From assembly GCA_031418555.1 (NCBI GenBank), contig JANOXT010000167.1, positions 1-33,317 of the forward strand: a stretch of 33,317 nt of DNA, read 5' to 3'. The position numbers were made by a program, and so were the translations under genes. Shown in pieces: positions 16,368 to 26,051 of this stretch (the first letter of the stretch is position 1; each line of letters starts with the position of its first letter). The stretch is from Lysobacterales bacterium. GTDB lineage: Bacteria > Pseudomonadota > Gammaproteobacteria > Xanthomonadales > Xanthomonadaceae. A model generated the notes under the pieces. That model saw only the letters and a list, made by a program, of their open reading frames with translations, was not told the origin of the DNA and did not search any database.

Positions 16368-17210
16368 ATGCGCAACGTCAAACACGATCCGCTTGAACAT
16401 GCCCGCCAGCGGTTGGATGTTGGCGACCCGACATTGACCGAACTCGCTGCGGCGGTTGGCATCAGTGCATCGCATCTGCAGCGATCTTTCCGCGCGCGGT
16501 TCGGGCTCAGCCCGGCCGAATATCTTGCCCAGCGCAAACTGGGCGCGCTGAAATCCGGCCTGCGCGAAGGTCGCGATATCAGCGCGGCGCTGTACGACGC
16601 CGGCTACGGTTCGCCGTCCCGGGTGTACGAAACCGGCGCCGCAAAACTGGGGATGACGCCTGCGCGCTATCGCGCCGGCGGCGATGGCGAAGAGATCCGC
16701 TGGAGCATCGTCGAGACCGCATTGGGGCTGGCCATTGTGGCCACCACCGCACGCGGCATCTGCATGGTGGAGTTGGGCGACGACGTCGATGCACTCGTGC
16801 ATACATTGCACGCAGAATTTCCGCATGCACGGCTGCAGCAGGTGGATGCCGGCCGCGATGAATTCCTCGCCCCGCGCGTGCGCGCGGTCGCCGATGCGCT
16901 GGCCGGCAAGCGCTCGCGGGTGTCGTCCAACAAGCTTTCCCTCGATCTGATCGGCACCGCATTTCAGAAACGGGTGTGGGATGCGCTGATGAAAATTCCT
17001 GCAGGCGAAACCCGCAGCTACGCCGCACTTGCCGCGGCAATAGACGCACCGAAAGCCGCGCGTGCAGTCGCCAGCGCCTGCGCCCACAACCGGGTCGCGA
17101 TCGTGGTGCCTTGTCATCGCGTGATCCGCGGCGACGGCTCGCTGGGCGGCTATCGTTGGGGCTTGGCGCTGAAGCAGAAACTGCTCGGGCGCGAGGGCGC
17201 GAGTCCCTGA
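16368..17210 (+). CDS. Ada-like methylated-DNA--protein-cysteine methyltransferase (AraC HTH + Ogt; no N-terminal Zn domain)
   Basis: HTH 'LTELAAAVGISASHLQRSF...GLSP', 'YDAGYGSPSR', 'GTAFQKRVW', active site 'VPCHRV', 'GGYRWG'. Confidence 0.9.
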   Translation: MRNVKHDPLEHARQRLDVGDPTLTELAAAVGISASHLQRSFRARFGLSPAEYLAQRKLGALKSGLREGRDISAALYDAGYGSPSRVYETGAAKLGMTPARYRAGGDGEEIRWSIVETALGLAIVATTARGICMVELGDDVDALVHTLHAEFPHARLQQVDAGRDEFLAPRVRAVADALAGKRSRVSSNKLSLDLIGTAFQKRVWDALMKIPAGETRSYAALAAAIDAPKAARAVASACAHNRVAIVVPCHRVIRGDGSLGGYRWGLALKQKLLGREGASP

Positions 17211-17222
17211 CAAGTTAAGCAG

Positions 17223-17362
17223 TTCCCTCTCTCCGTGACTCGCACTGGAAGAGAGTGGCGCAAAGCGCCGGGTGAGGCGTGCACTCCGGGACGCATTGCG
17301 ACTGCGTGGGCCCCTCATCCTTCGCTGCGCGCCATGTTCTTCCCGCTATGCGGGAGAAGGAA
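17223..17362. repeat. Degenerate inverted pair of CCTTCTCCC...GGGAGAAGG / CCCTCATCC-type palindromic repeats
   Basis: Left ttccctctctccg..ggaagagagtggcgcaaagcgccgggtgagg aligns with the reverse complement of right ccctcatccttcgctgcgcgccatgttcttcccgctatgcgggagaaggaa. Confidence 0.6.
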
Positions 17363-17376
17363 AGCATCATCAATAC

Positions 17377-17490
17377 TGTGGGAGAGGTGCAAGCTGCGAT
17401 CAGTCGCCCAGTATTTCCACCATGCATCTCGGCTTGACCAGCCTTTGGCGGTTGAAAGCCGCCGCTCCCACAAAAGCTGCTCCCACAAAG
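17377..17490. repeat. Degenerate GTGG/GTAG-type REP doublet with duplicated end
   Basis: tgtgggagaggtgcaagctgcgat on the left; ggcggttgaaagccgccgctcccacaaa on the right, with gctcccacaaa repeated at 17464 and 17479. Confidence 0.6.
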
Positions 17491-17602
17491 CTTCACACTG
17501 TTCTGTAATGCGCGGAAATCGCCGGGAGCGCGGGCGTAGAATGGCCCGTTGCCGCGATGCTGGCAGCGCCTCTTCTTTACCCCTTCTGTTTCGAGCACTG
17601 CG

Positions 17603-18502
17603 ATGGCTGTTCCATCCGCGGACGACCCGCGTCCTGTGTCCGCATTGGCCATCGCGCTCGCGCTGACGGCGGTGTATGTCATCTGGGGGTCGACATATCT
17701 GGGCATCCGCTTCGCCCTGGAAGGCGGCTGGCCGCCGCTGCTTGCAGTGTCGGGTGGGCGCATGCTGTTCGCCGGTGCGCTGATGTATACGGTGCTGCGC
17801 TGGCGCGGCGTGCCTGCGCCGACACGCGCGCAGTGGCCGTCGCTGGCGGCGATGGGCGTGCTGATGATGCTGCTGGGCAACGGCATGGTGGTGTTGGCCG
17901 AACAGCACGTGTCGTCCGGGCTTGCGGCCATCGCCATCGCATCGATGCCGCTGTGGATGGGCTTGTTCGGCGCGATGTCCGGGCGTCCACCCAGCCGCGG
18001 CGAATGGCTCGGCATCGGCATCGGTTTGATCGGCGTCGTGTGGCTCAACGCCGGCAGCAGTCTTTCGTCCACGCCGCGCGGATTGATTCTGCTGTTGATC
18101 GCGCCGATCGCCTGGGCCTTCGGTTCGGTGTGGTCGCGCGGCCGCGACCTGCCGTCGCCGTTCATGGCGGCCGCGGGGCAGATGCTCTGCGGCGGCGTGA
18201 TTCTGGTGCTGTTGGGGCTGGCGATGGGCGAGCGCTTGCCGATCGCGCCGACCACGCACGGCAGCGTCGCGTTGATCTATCTCGCGATTTTCGGCTCCAT
18301 CGGCGGCTTCGGTGCTTACGTGTGGCTGTTGAATCACGTGCGCCCGGCGCTTGCGTCCAGCTATGCCTACATCAATCCACCGATCGCGGTGCTGCTGGGC
18401 GCAGCGTTCGGCGGCGAACGCTTCGGTCTGCACGATCTCGGTGCGATGGCGGTGATCCTGGTGGGCGTGGTCGCGATCAGCCGTTCGAAGGCGCGCGCAT
18501 GA
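17603..18502 (+). CDS. yedA: EamA/DMT-family transporter YedA-like
   Basis: 'YVIWGSTYLGIR', 'GNGMVVLAEQHVSSG', 'SYAYINP'; multiple TM helices. Confidence 0.85.
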   Translation: MAVPSADDPRPVSALAIALALTAVYVIWGSTYLGIRFALEGGWPPLLAVSGGRMLFAGALMYTVLRWRGVPAPTRAQWPSLAAMGVLMMLLGNGMVVLAEQHVSSGLAAIAIASMPLWMGLFGAMSGRPPSRGEWLGIGIGLIGVVWLNAGSSLSSTPRGLILLLIAPIAWAFGSVWSRGRDLPSPFMAAAGQMLCGGVILVLLGLAMGERLPIAPTTHGSVALIYLAIFGSIGGFGAYVWLLNHVRPALASSYAYINPPIAVLLGAAFGGERFGLHDLGAMAVILVGVVAISRSKARA

Positions 18503-19416
18503 CGCCGCAGCAGGGTCTGGATCGCAAAGGGCTGTCGATCGCCGCCAGCGCGTTCGTGCTGTGGGGGACGATGCCGCTCTACTGGCACCTGCTCAAAGTG
18601 GTGCCATCGCTGCAGATCGTCGCTCACCGCGTGCTCTGGTGCACCGTCTTGGTCGCCGCCTGGCTGCTGTGGTCGCAGGGGCGCGGCTGGTTCAAGGCGA
18701 TCCTTGCCAAGCCTCGACTGGCCGCCATGCTTGCGCTCAGCGGCCTGTGCATCGGCATCAACTGGGGGCTGTACATCTGGGCGGTCAACGCCGGACACGT
18801 GGTCGAAAGCAGCCTCGGTTATTTCATCAATCCCTTGCTCAACGTGGTGATCGGCACGCTGTTCCTGCGCGAACGGCTGAACCCGACGCAATGGGTGTCG
18901 GTCGCCATCACTGCGGCCGGCGTGCTCTGGCTCACCTTCACCTACGGCAGTTTTCCGTGGATCGCGCTGACCTTGGCGGGCTCGTTCGGTCTATACGGAC
19001 TGATCCGCAAGCTCGCCGCGGTCGATTCGGTGACCGGGCTGGGTTTCGAAAATTCCGTACTGCTGCTGCCGGCGTTGGGATATCTGCTGTGGGCGGAAAC
19101 CAGCGAGCAGGGCGGCTTTATGCCTTTCAACGGCAGCGGCGGCTGGGGCTGGGGCGTGGATGCGCTGCTGATTTTCGGCGGTGCGCTGACCGCGCTGCCG
19201 CTGATCGCATTCGCCTTCGCGGTGCGCCGGGTGCCGCTGTCCACCATTGGCTTGATGCAATACATCGCCCCGACCATGCAGTTCCTGATCGGCGTGCTGG
19301 TGTTCCATGAAGCCTTCGACCGCGATCGCGCGATCGGTTTCATCGTCATCTGGATCGCATTGGCGATCTTCGCCATCGACACTGCGCGGCGGGCGCGGCG
19401 CGCAGCCGCGATCTGA
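18499..19416 (+). CDS. rarD: EamA-family transporter RarD
   Basis: ATGA overlap with yedA; 'AHRVLW', 'SLGYFINPL', 'YGLIRK', 'GLMQYIAPT'. Confidence 0.92.
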   Translation: MTPQQGLDRKGLSIAASAFVLWGTMPLYWHLLKVVPSLQIVAHRVLWCTVLVAAWLLWSQGRGWFKAILAKPRLAAMLALSGLCIGINWGLYIWAVNAGHVVESSLGYFINPLLNVVIGTLFLRERLNPTQWVSVAITAAGVLWLTFTYGSFPWIALTLAGSFGLYGLIRKLAAVDSVTGLGFENSVLLLPALGYLLWAETSEQGGFMPFNGSGGWGWGVDALLIFGGALTALPLIAFAFAVRRVPLSTIGLMQYIAPTMQFLIGVLVFHEAFDRDRAIGFIVIWIALAIFAIDTARRARRAAAI

Positions 19417-19429
19417 GTCCACAAACGAC

Positions 19430-19456
19430 AACGCCCGGCCGAAGCCGGGCGTTTGA
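19430..19456. terminator. Probable bidirectional intrinsic terminator
   Basis: aacgcccggc-cgaa-gccgggcgtt between convergent rarD and ABC permease genes. Confidence 0.75.
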
Positions 19457-19478
19457 TTGAACATGCTGAGGCTGTGAG

Positions 19479-20795
19479 TTACGCACCCCGCAACGCGTCC
19501 GTGACCGGTTGGCGCGCCGCCCGCAGGGCAGGAAACAACCCGCCGACCAGGCCGATCCCCAGCGCCCATTTCAGTCCGGTCCACAGCAGCTCAGGCGACA
19601 CCTTGAACTGGAACACCACTTGGCTGAAGTTGCTGCCCAACGTGGATACTTGATAGCCGTTGAAAATGATCCAGGCGATCAGCGCGCCGAGCAGGCCGCC
19701 GAGAAAGGCGAGCAGCATCGTCTCCAGCATCACGGCGATCACGACCGGCAAACCGCGAAACCCGAGCGCACGCATCGTCGCGATTTCGCGCGCGCGGCCG
19801 GCGACCGCCGCGAACATGGTGTTGAGTGCGCCGAAGATCGCGCCAATCGCCATGATGGTGCCGATCACAATGCCAAGGATCTTGATCAGCTTGGTGAGCT
19901 GTTCGGACTGCTTGCCGTAATAGTCACGCGTAGTGAGCGCGTCGAGCTTCAGGCGCGGGTCGGCGGCGAGCGCGGCCTTGAGTTGCTTGAACCCGTTCTT
20001 GCCGTCCAGTTTGACTGTCACCGATTGGAAGGCCTGGCGGTTGTAGGTCGAAGCCAGCACGTCGCTGTCGGCCCACAGCTCGGAGTCGTGCGAGTCGCCG
20101 CTGGCGAATTTTCCGACCACCGTCCAACGCTGGTTCGCCAGCGTGATGCTCTGGCCGATGCGGATGCCGCGAAACTGGTTCATCGCGCCTTGGCCGACCA
20201 CGAGTTCGCGCAGGCCGGCGGAAAATTTCCGGCCTTCCACGATCTTCAGCTGCGGCCGCAGCTCCCACGCCTGTTCGCCGACACCGCGCAGCTGCGCGTT
20301 GGCATCAGTGCCGTCGGCTCGGCTTGGCAGGTTCACCACCTGCGACAGTTCTGGGGACACCAGCGGTCTGCCGTTCTTGCCCTTGACGATGCCGGCCAGC
20401 GATGAAATCAATGGCACCTGATCGCGGGTGATCACCGAATTGGTTTCCGCCTGCGAACCGCCGCGCAGGACGATCGCGCGGTCGTCGCTGCCGGTGCCCT
20501 TGAGCGTGGCCTGGAAGCCTTCGCCCATGGCCAGCATCGCCACCAGCACCGCGACCACGCCGGCTATGCCGATCACGATGACGCTGGACGCACCCCAGCG
20601 TTGCGGTAGGCTGCTGATGCCGGTATTCGCGACCGCCAGCGTTTGCTGCCCGCGTTTGCTAAGCAGCAGCCAGACGATCGATAGCACTGCCGCCGCCAGC
20701 ACGCCATACCACGGCAGCATCGTCCATGCCGCAAGGCCGAGCGCAAGCAGTATGACAACCCCGAGATTTCCCAACCATTTCCGGATGCGGGTCAT
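19479..20795 (-). CDS. MacB/FtsX-family ABC permease
   Basis: Periplasmic domain plus 'REIATMRALGF', 'GGLFPALRAAR...DALR'. Confidence 0.9.
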   Translation of the reverse strand: MTRIRKWLGNLGVVILLALGLAAWTMLPWYGVLAAAVLSIVWLLLSKRGQQTLAVANTGISSLPQRWGASSVIVIGIAGVVAVLVAMLAMGEGFQATLKGTGSDDRAIVLRGGSQAETNSVITRDQVPLISSLAGIVKGKNGRPLVSPELSQVVNLPSRADGTDANAQLRGVGEQAWELRPQLKIVEGRKFSAGLRELVVGQGAMNQFRGIRIGQSITLANQRWTVVGKFASGDSHDSELWADSDVLASTYNRQAFQSVTVKLDGKNGFKQLKAALAADPRLKLDALTTRDYYGKQSEQLTKLIKILGIVIGTIMAIGAIFGALNTMFAAVAGRAREIATMRALGFRGLPVVIAVMLETMLLAFLGGLLGALIAWIIFNGYQVSTLGSNFSQVVFQFKVSPELLWTGLKWALGIGLVGGLFPALRAARQPVTDALRGA

Positions 20796-20811
20796 GACCT
20801 TTGTTCCTCTC

Positions 20812-21969
20812 TCAGCGCCCGGCGAGGGCGTCGACGATATTCAGGCGCATGGCGCGCAGGGCGGGCAGAAGACCGACGATCACACCGATTGCCAGCATGA
20901 GCAGCAGGCCAACGATCCACGTCTGCGGAAGCACCGTCGGCAGTTGGATCATGCCGCCGCTGGCGGCGCTGATGATGGGCATCAGCAGCGCCGCGATGCC
21001 AAGGCCGATCGTGCCGCCGATGACGATCAGCAGTACCGCCTCGGCAAGCACCAGCCACAGCACGCTCTGGTTGGAAAACCCGATCGTCTTGAGCACCGCC
21101 AGTTCCGGAATGCGTTCGCGCACCGCTTGGGCCATGGTGTTGCCGGTAAGCAATAACAGGGTGAAGAACACCGCGCCCATGATCGCGGTGACGATCAGAC
21201 CGATATCGGCGAACTGTTTTGCGAACGCCTGATTGAACGCCTGTTCGGTCTGAGTCTTGGTCTCATGATCGGAATTGACCGAGAGCGCGTCGATCGCCTT
21301 GGAAACCCGATCGGCATTGTCGGGATTTTCCAGTTGCACGACGTACCAGCCGACCCGGCTCTTGACGAAGTCGTTGGACTCGTCGAAGTACTTCCAGTGG
21401 AACCACAGCTGGTTTTCTTCGCCTTTGCGCTTGCTGTCTTCGACCGTGAAGATTCCGGACAGTTTTAGCGGCCAGGCGTTGCTGCCCTTCTGCGGAAAAA
21501 TCGTCGCTTCCAGTGGGATGGTGTCGCCGATCTTCCAGCCGTGGCGTTTGGCCAGGGCTTCACCGACGATCGCGCCGCTGCGATCGTTGGCGAACGCCTT
21601 GCGTTGCGCGGCAGGCAGAGCATATTCGGGGTAAAGGTCGAGAAAGTCCGGTCCGATCGAGAAATTCGGGAAGAAATTCTTCGGGTCGCGGTAGATCCCG
21701 CCGAACCAGGCGGCATACGACGCTTTCTTGACGCCGGGCGTCGCCTCGATCTGGGTTAGCAGGCTGTAGGGCAGCATCTGCGTGATCGAAAGACGTGACG
21801 ATACGATCATGCGGTTCGCGCCGGCGACTTCGCCGCCGGAATTGAACGCGACGCGCACCGAGTCGAGCATCCCGAACAGCAGGAAGGCGGCGACCACCGA
21901 CAGCAGTGTCAGCAGGCTGCGGGTCTTGCTGCGGAACAGCGCTGCCCAGATCAGATGGAGATATTTCAT
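20812..21969 (-). CDS. MacB/FtsX-family ABC permease
   Basis: 'RSKTRSLLTLL', 'VRERIPELAVLKTIGF', 'LPALRAMRLNIVDAL'. Confidence 0.9.
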   Translation of the reverse strand: MKYLHLIWAALFRSKTRSLLTLLSVVAAFLLFGMLDSVRVAFNSGGEVAGANRMIVSSRLSITQMLPYSLLTQIEATPGVKKASYAAWFGGIYRDPKNFFPNFSIGPDFLDLYPEYALPAAQRKAFANDRSGAIVGEALAKRHGWKIGDTIPLEATIFPQKGSNAWPLKLSGIFTVEDSKRKGEENQLWFHWKYFDESNDFVKSRVGWYVVQLENPDNADRVSKAIDALSVNSDHETKTQTEQAFNQAFAKQFADIGLIVTAIMGAVFFTLLLLTGNTMAQAVRERIPELAVLKTIGFSNQSVLWLVLAEAVLLIVIGGTIGLGIAALLMPIISAASGGMIQLPTVLPQTWIVGLLLMLAIGVIVGLLPALRAMRLNIVDALAGR

Positions 21970-22018
21970 GGCGACCTCGTGAACGTATCGGACGGACGCA
22001 TTGGTAACGGCGCCGGCA

Positions 22019-22708
22019 TCACTGTTCTGCGCCGTTGCCGGCGAACGTGCCCTTGTCCAGATGAATGGTGCGGCGTGCGTGATCGGCCGCCTTTGGGTCG
22101 TGGGTGACCATCACGATGGTCTTGCCGTGGTCGCGGTTGAGCGACTGAAGCAGCGCCAGGATTTCCTCGGCGGACTGGCGGTCCAGGTCGCCGGTCGGTT
22201 CGTCGCAGATCAGCAGGGTCGGGTCGGACACGATCGCGCGCGCAATTGCCACGCGCTGCTGCTGTCCGCCGGACAGTTCGTTCGGGCGATGTTTGCCGCG
22301 ATCCGGCAGGCCGACCAGCTGCAGTGCGATTTCGGCATTGCGCTTGCGCTGCGCGGCGCCCAGCGGGGTCAGCAGCAGCGGCAATTCGACGTTTTTCTGT
22401 GCGGTCAGGGTCGGCATCAGATTGTAGAACTGAAACACGAAGCCGACGTGGTTGCTGCGCCACTCGGAAAGCTGCCCTGAGCGCATCTGGTCGATGCGCG
22501 AGCCGTCCACGGTGATCTGACCGCCGGTGGGCGAATCGAGTCCGCCGATCAGATTCAGCAACGTGGTTTTGCCGGAGCCCGAAGGCCCCATCAGCGCGAC
22601 GAAATCGCCCTTGGGAATATCCAGGTCGATGCCATGCAGCACTTCGACTTTCTCGGCGCCGCGCTGGTAGGTTTTGGTGAGGTTGCGGAGCGAAACCAGT
22701 GCGTCCAT
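22019..22708 (-). CDS. ABC transporter ATP-binding protein (MacB/LolD-like)
   Basis: [43 protein letters not shown]; GAGGA RBS before ATG 22708. Confidence 0.95.
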   Translation of the reverse strand: MDALVSLRNLTKTYQRGAEKVEVLHGIDLDIPKGDFVALMGPSGSGKTTLLNLIGGLDSPTGGQITVDGSRIDQMRSGQLSEWRSNHVGFVFQFYNLMPTLTAQKNVELPLLLTPLGAAQRKRNAEIALQLVGLPDRGKHRPNELSGGQQQRVAIARAIVSDPTLLICDEPTGDLDRQSAEEILALLQSLNRDHGKTIVMVTHDPKAADHARRTIHLDKGTFAGNGAEQ

Positions 22709-22771
22709 CGACGGAATCCTCATGGTTTGAACGGTTGTGCTGATGACGGTGGTACGAATAGCCGTGAAGAC

Positions 22772-24022
22772 TTATTCGCTTTGTGTAGCCGCGACCGGCG
22801 CGATCCGGATGCGGCTGCCGTCGACGATTTTTTCCGAGGGCGCGATGACCACCGCCTCGCCGCCCGCGAGGCCTTCGAGCACTTCGCGGTCGTCGCCGAG
22901 CGTGCGGCCGAGCTTGAGCGTGCGCTGCGTGACAGCGTCGCCCTCGACCACGAAGGCGACATCGACATCGTTGCGCGAAACGATCGCCGCGCTCGGCGCG
23001 AGCACGCCGGGTTTGAGATTGACCGCCGCCGCAGGTTTGGCCGCTTCGAGGAAACTGACGCGCACGCCCATGTCCGGCACGATCCGGGCATCACGCTGAT
23101 TCAAAGCAACCCGCACCTTTACCGTCGCCTTGCCGCGATCGGCGGTGGGAATGATCGCGATCACTTCGCCTGGGATTTTCCAGTCCGGATACGCGTTGAG
23201 CGTCGCTTCGATCGGCATCTTCGGCTTGACCCGGCCAATGAAGGATTCGCCCACGTCCACTTCCACTTCCAGCGAATCCATGTCGACGATGGTGCCGATG
23301 CCGGTGCGGGTAAAGCCGCCACCGGCCGACAGTGGCGAGACGATTTCGCCGGGCTGCGCGGCCTTGGCGATGACCACCCCGGCGAAGGGCGCGCGGACGA
23401 TGGTGTTATCCATGCCGTTGTCGGCGATGGTCAGCGAATCGTCCGCAACCTGTGCGCTGTGTTCGGCGGCATCGAGCTGCGCGTGCAGCGAGTCGCGCGT
23501 AGCGATAGCCTGTTCGTACTGTTGGCGCGAGACCAGTTTCTGACCGACCAACTGGCCCAGACGTGCGGCATTGGCCTGGGCTTCCTTCAACTGTGCCTTT
23601 GCGCTGCCAACCTGACTGCGCGAGGCCTCGCGCTGCGAATAAGCGAGTGCGCGCGAAGCGGCGGCATCGACCGGGTCGAGCGTGGCCATGGTCTGCCCGG
23701 CCTCGACCCGCTGACCTTCCTCGATCAGCACTTCGCGGACCCGGCCGGTGATCTTCGAGGACACAGTGGCCATCCGCCGGGCGACCACATAGCCGGTTGC
23801 ATCGAGCACGGTCGTATTGCCGCTGCTGTTGCTTCCGATGACCGTCACATCCGCAGTCTGCACCTCGACACCCTTGTTGCGCGACAGCACAAACCACGCG
23901 ATGACCGCGACCAGCGCAACGATCGCGGCGATCGCCAGGCCGACCCACAGACCGCGTCGCGACGGCGGCGGTGCGTTACGATCGATGCGGAGCTCTTTCA
24001 GCAGGTCGGCGTTAGTGTTCAT
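22772..24022 (-). CDS. Efflux periplasmic adaptor (MacA/HlyD-like membrane fusion protein)
   Basis: N-terminal TM, 'SSKITGRV', coiled coil, 'IVRAPFAGVV', 'PDMGVRV'. Confidence 0.92.
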   Translation of the reverse strand: MNTNADLLKELRIDRNAPPPSRRGLWVGLAIAAIVALVAVIAWFVLSRNKGVEVQTADVTVIGSNSSGNTTVLDATGYVVARRMATVSSKITGRVREVLIEEGQRVEAGQTMATLDPVDAAASRALAYSQREASRSQVGSAKAQLKEAQANAARLGQLVGQKLVSRQQYEQAIATRDSLHAQLDAAEHSAQVADDSLTIADNGMDNTIVRAPFAGVVIAKAAQPGEIVSPLSAGGGFTRTGIGTIVDMDSLEVEVDVGESFIGRVKPKMPIEATLNAYPDWKIPGEVIAIIPTADRGKATVKVRVALNQRDARIVPDMGVRVSFLEAAKPAAAVNLKPGVLAPSAAIVSRNDVDVAFVVEGDAVTQRTLKLGRTLGDDREVLEGLAGGEAVVIAPSEKIVDGSRIRIAPVAATQSE

Positions 24023-24195
24023 CGTTGATCAGGACGGGAGATGACCGTGAGTGTGACTGCATCGTCGGCGAACGCCAACATGAAAAAGTAACGCCGTGCT
24101 GCAAGTCTCGAGCCTGACGTGGCGTCAGGGTCGGGTCGTCTCGCGCGGGGACGGCCGAGATGGACAGGCTACGGCCAGGCGCGCTGCCTGTCTGT

Positions 24196-24207
24196 TGACA
24201 GTTGTCA
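24196..24207. promoter_or_regulatory. TGACA-N2-TGTCA palindrome, candidate DesR/NarL-type response-regulator site
   Basis: tgacagttgtca in the divergent intergenic region upstream of the ABC-HK-RR operon. Confidence 0.55.
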
Positions 24208-24288
24208 TACCGAACACTTGATGATCGCGACTGCCGAGCGTTTGACGCTGGGCCTAGTCTGGCCACATCCCATCAGGAGCGTTAGAAC

Positions 24289-25212
24289 ATGATCTCTTCC
24301 GCTCAATTTCTCGCGCGGCTGCAAGCCAGTTGCAAATGTTACGGCAATGTCATCGCTCTGGATGCAGTCGATCTCTCCTTGCAGGCCGGCGAAGTGCTGG
24401 CCCTGCTGGGCGCCAACGGCGCCGGTAAAAGCACCGCCATCGCGCTGTTGCTGGGGCTGCTGAAGCCCGATGCTGGCAGCGCAGAGCTGTTCGGCCAGCC
24501 GCCGCAGATGTTGGCCGTACGCAGGCGTATTGGCGTGATGCTGCAGTCTGCGGGCATCGCCGACAACGTCAAGGTCGCGGAACTGCTCCACCTCACCCGC
24601 AGCTACTATCCGGCGCCGCGCAGCGTCTCCGACTGCGTTGCGCTGGCCGGTCTGGAGGGCTTGCTCGATCGCCGCTATGGCCGGCTGTCCGGCGGACAGC
24701 AGCGGCGGGTGCAGTTCGCGCTGGCGATCTGCGGCAACTCCGAGGTGCTGTTTCTCGACGAGCCGACCACCGGGTTGGACATCGATGCGCGCCAGCGCAT
24801 GTGGGCGACGATCCGTGCGCTGGTCGCTGCCGGCACCGGCGTCTTGCTGACCACGCACTATCTGGAAGAGGCGGAAGCGCTGGCCCAGCGCGTGGTGGTG
24901 CTGCACCGCGGCCGGGTCGCCGCCGCCGGCACCATGCAGGAGGTGCGCGCGCATGTCTCCCAGCGACGCATCCGCTGCCTGTCGGCGCTGGATGTCGGGC
25001 AGATCGCGGCCTGGCCGGAGGTGCGCAGCGCAGTGCGCGGCCATGACGGCAACCCGGCGCGCGTGGAAATACTGACCGACGCGGTCGAGCCGGTGCTGCG
25101 GCGGATGCTGGCCGAAGATGCCGCCCTGAGCGACCTCGACATCCAGCGCGCCGGTCTGGCCGACGCGTTTCTTGAACTCACCCGCGACGATGCCGAAAAG
25201 GAAGCCGCCTGA
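24289..25212 (+). CDS. ABC-2 type ATP-binding protein (YvfR-like)
   Basis: GANGAGKS, LSGGQQRR, DEPTTGLD, TTHYLEEAE; AGGAG RBS. Confidence 0.93.
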   Translation: MISSAQFLARLQASCKCYGNVIALDAVDLSLQAGEVLALLGANGAGKSTAIALLLGLLKPDAGSAELFGQPPQMLAVRRRIGVMLQSAGIADNVKVAELLHLTRSYYPAPRSVSDCVALAGLEGLLDRRYGRLSGGQQRRVQFALAICGNSEVLFLDEPTTGLDIDARQRMWATIRALVAAGTGVLLTTHYLEEAEALAQRVVVLHRGRVAAAGTMQEVRAHVSQRRIRCLSALDVGQIAAWPEVRSAVRGHDGNPARVEILTDAVEPVLRRMLAEDAALSDLDIQRAGLADAFLELTRDDAEKEAA

Positions 25213-25985
25213 TGAATACCGTCTCCATACCTGCCGATGGCCGCGCACGCGCGCATTCGTCGCTGCGCAGCTATCTGCTCGAAGCCAGATACGAGTTCCT
25301 CCGCTTGCTGCGCACGCCGTCCTTCGCGCTGCCGTCGCTGCTGTTCCCGTGTCTGTTCTATGTGCTGTTCGGCGTGCTGCTGAACACATCCAATGGCGAT
25401 GCCGCGCGCTACCTGCTGGCCACCTACGGGGTGTTCGGGGTGATGGGCGTGGGCCTGTTCGCGTTCGGCGTGACTGTGGCGATGGAGCGCGAGCAGGGGT
25501 TTCTGATCTACAAGCGCGCGCTGCCGATGCCGCCGGGCGCCTACCTGTTCGCGAAGATGGCGATGGCGATGCTGTTCGCCGTGATCATCTCGCTGCTGCT
25601 GGCGACGCTCGCCGCGACCCTCGGCGGCGTTGAGCTGCGTGCCTCGCAGTGGCTGCTGCTCTGGGCGGTCAACGTAGTGGGCGTGCTGCCGTTCGCCGCG
25701 GTGGGCCTGTATGTGGGCACCTTGGTCGGCGGCCAGGGCGCGCCGGCGGTGGTCAATCTGCTGTATCTGCCGATGGCGTTTCTGTCCGGGCTGTGGCTGC
25801 CGTTGAAGCTGCTGCCTGCGTGGATCGCCAAACTCGCGCCGGTGTGGCCGTCCTACCATCATTCGCAGATCGCACTGAAGGTGATCGGCATGGATGCCGG
25901 CGGCAGCGTCGCCGTGCATCTCGGCGTATTGGTCGGCATCACGATGGTGTTTTTCCTGCTGGCGCGCCGGCGCCTGGCGGCCTGA
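25212..25985 (+). CDS. ABC-2 type permease (YvfS-like)
   Basis: TGATG overlap; 'EFLRLLRTP', 'AMEREQG', 'FLSGLWLP', 'WPSYH'. Confidence 0.9.
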   Translation: MNTVSIPADGRARAHSSLRSYLLEARYEFLRLLRTPSFALPSLLFPCLFYVLFGVLLNTSNGDAARYLLATYGVFGVMGVGLFAFGVTVAMEREQGFLIYKRALPMPPGAYLFAKMAMAMLFAVIISLLLATLAATLGGVELRASQWLLLWAVNVVGVLPFAAVGLYVGTLVGGQGAPAVVNLLYLPMAFLSGLWLPLKLLPAWIAKLAPVWPSYHHSQIALKVIGMDAGGSVAVHLGVLVGITMVFFLLARRRLAA

Positions 25986-26051
25986 GCGGTCGATCGATCC
26001 GTTAAAGTCGTCAACGCCATCCGTGCTTTTTCTACAACCAACGAGACCATC

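Noticed and set aside
17557-18498. 619-aa RarD fusion; similarly long starts for 27675..29960, 30164..32089, 11861..12775 and 10152..11066
   Set aside because: Upstream extensions overlap other genes or repeats and lack homology; downstream starts have an RBS or stop-start coupling.
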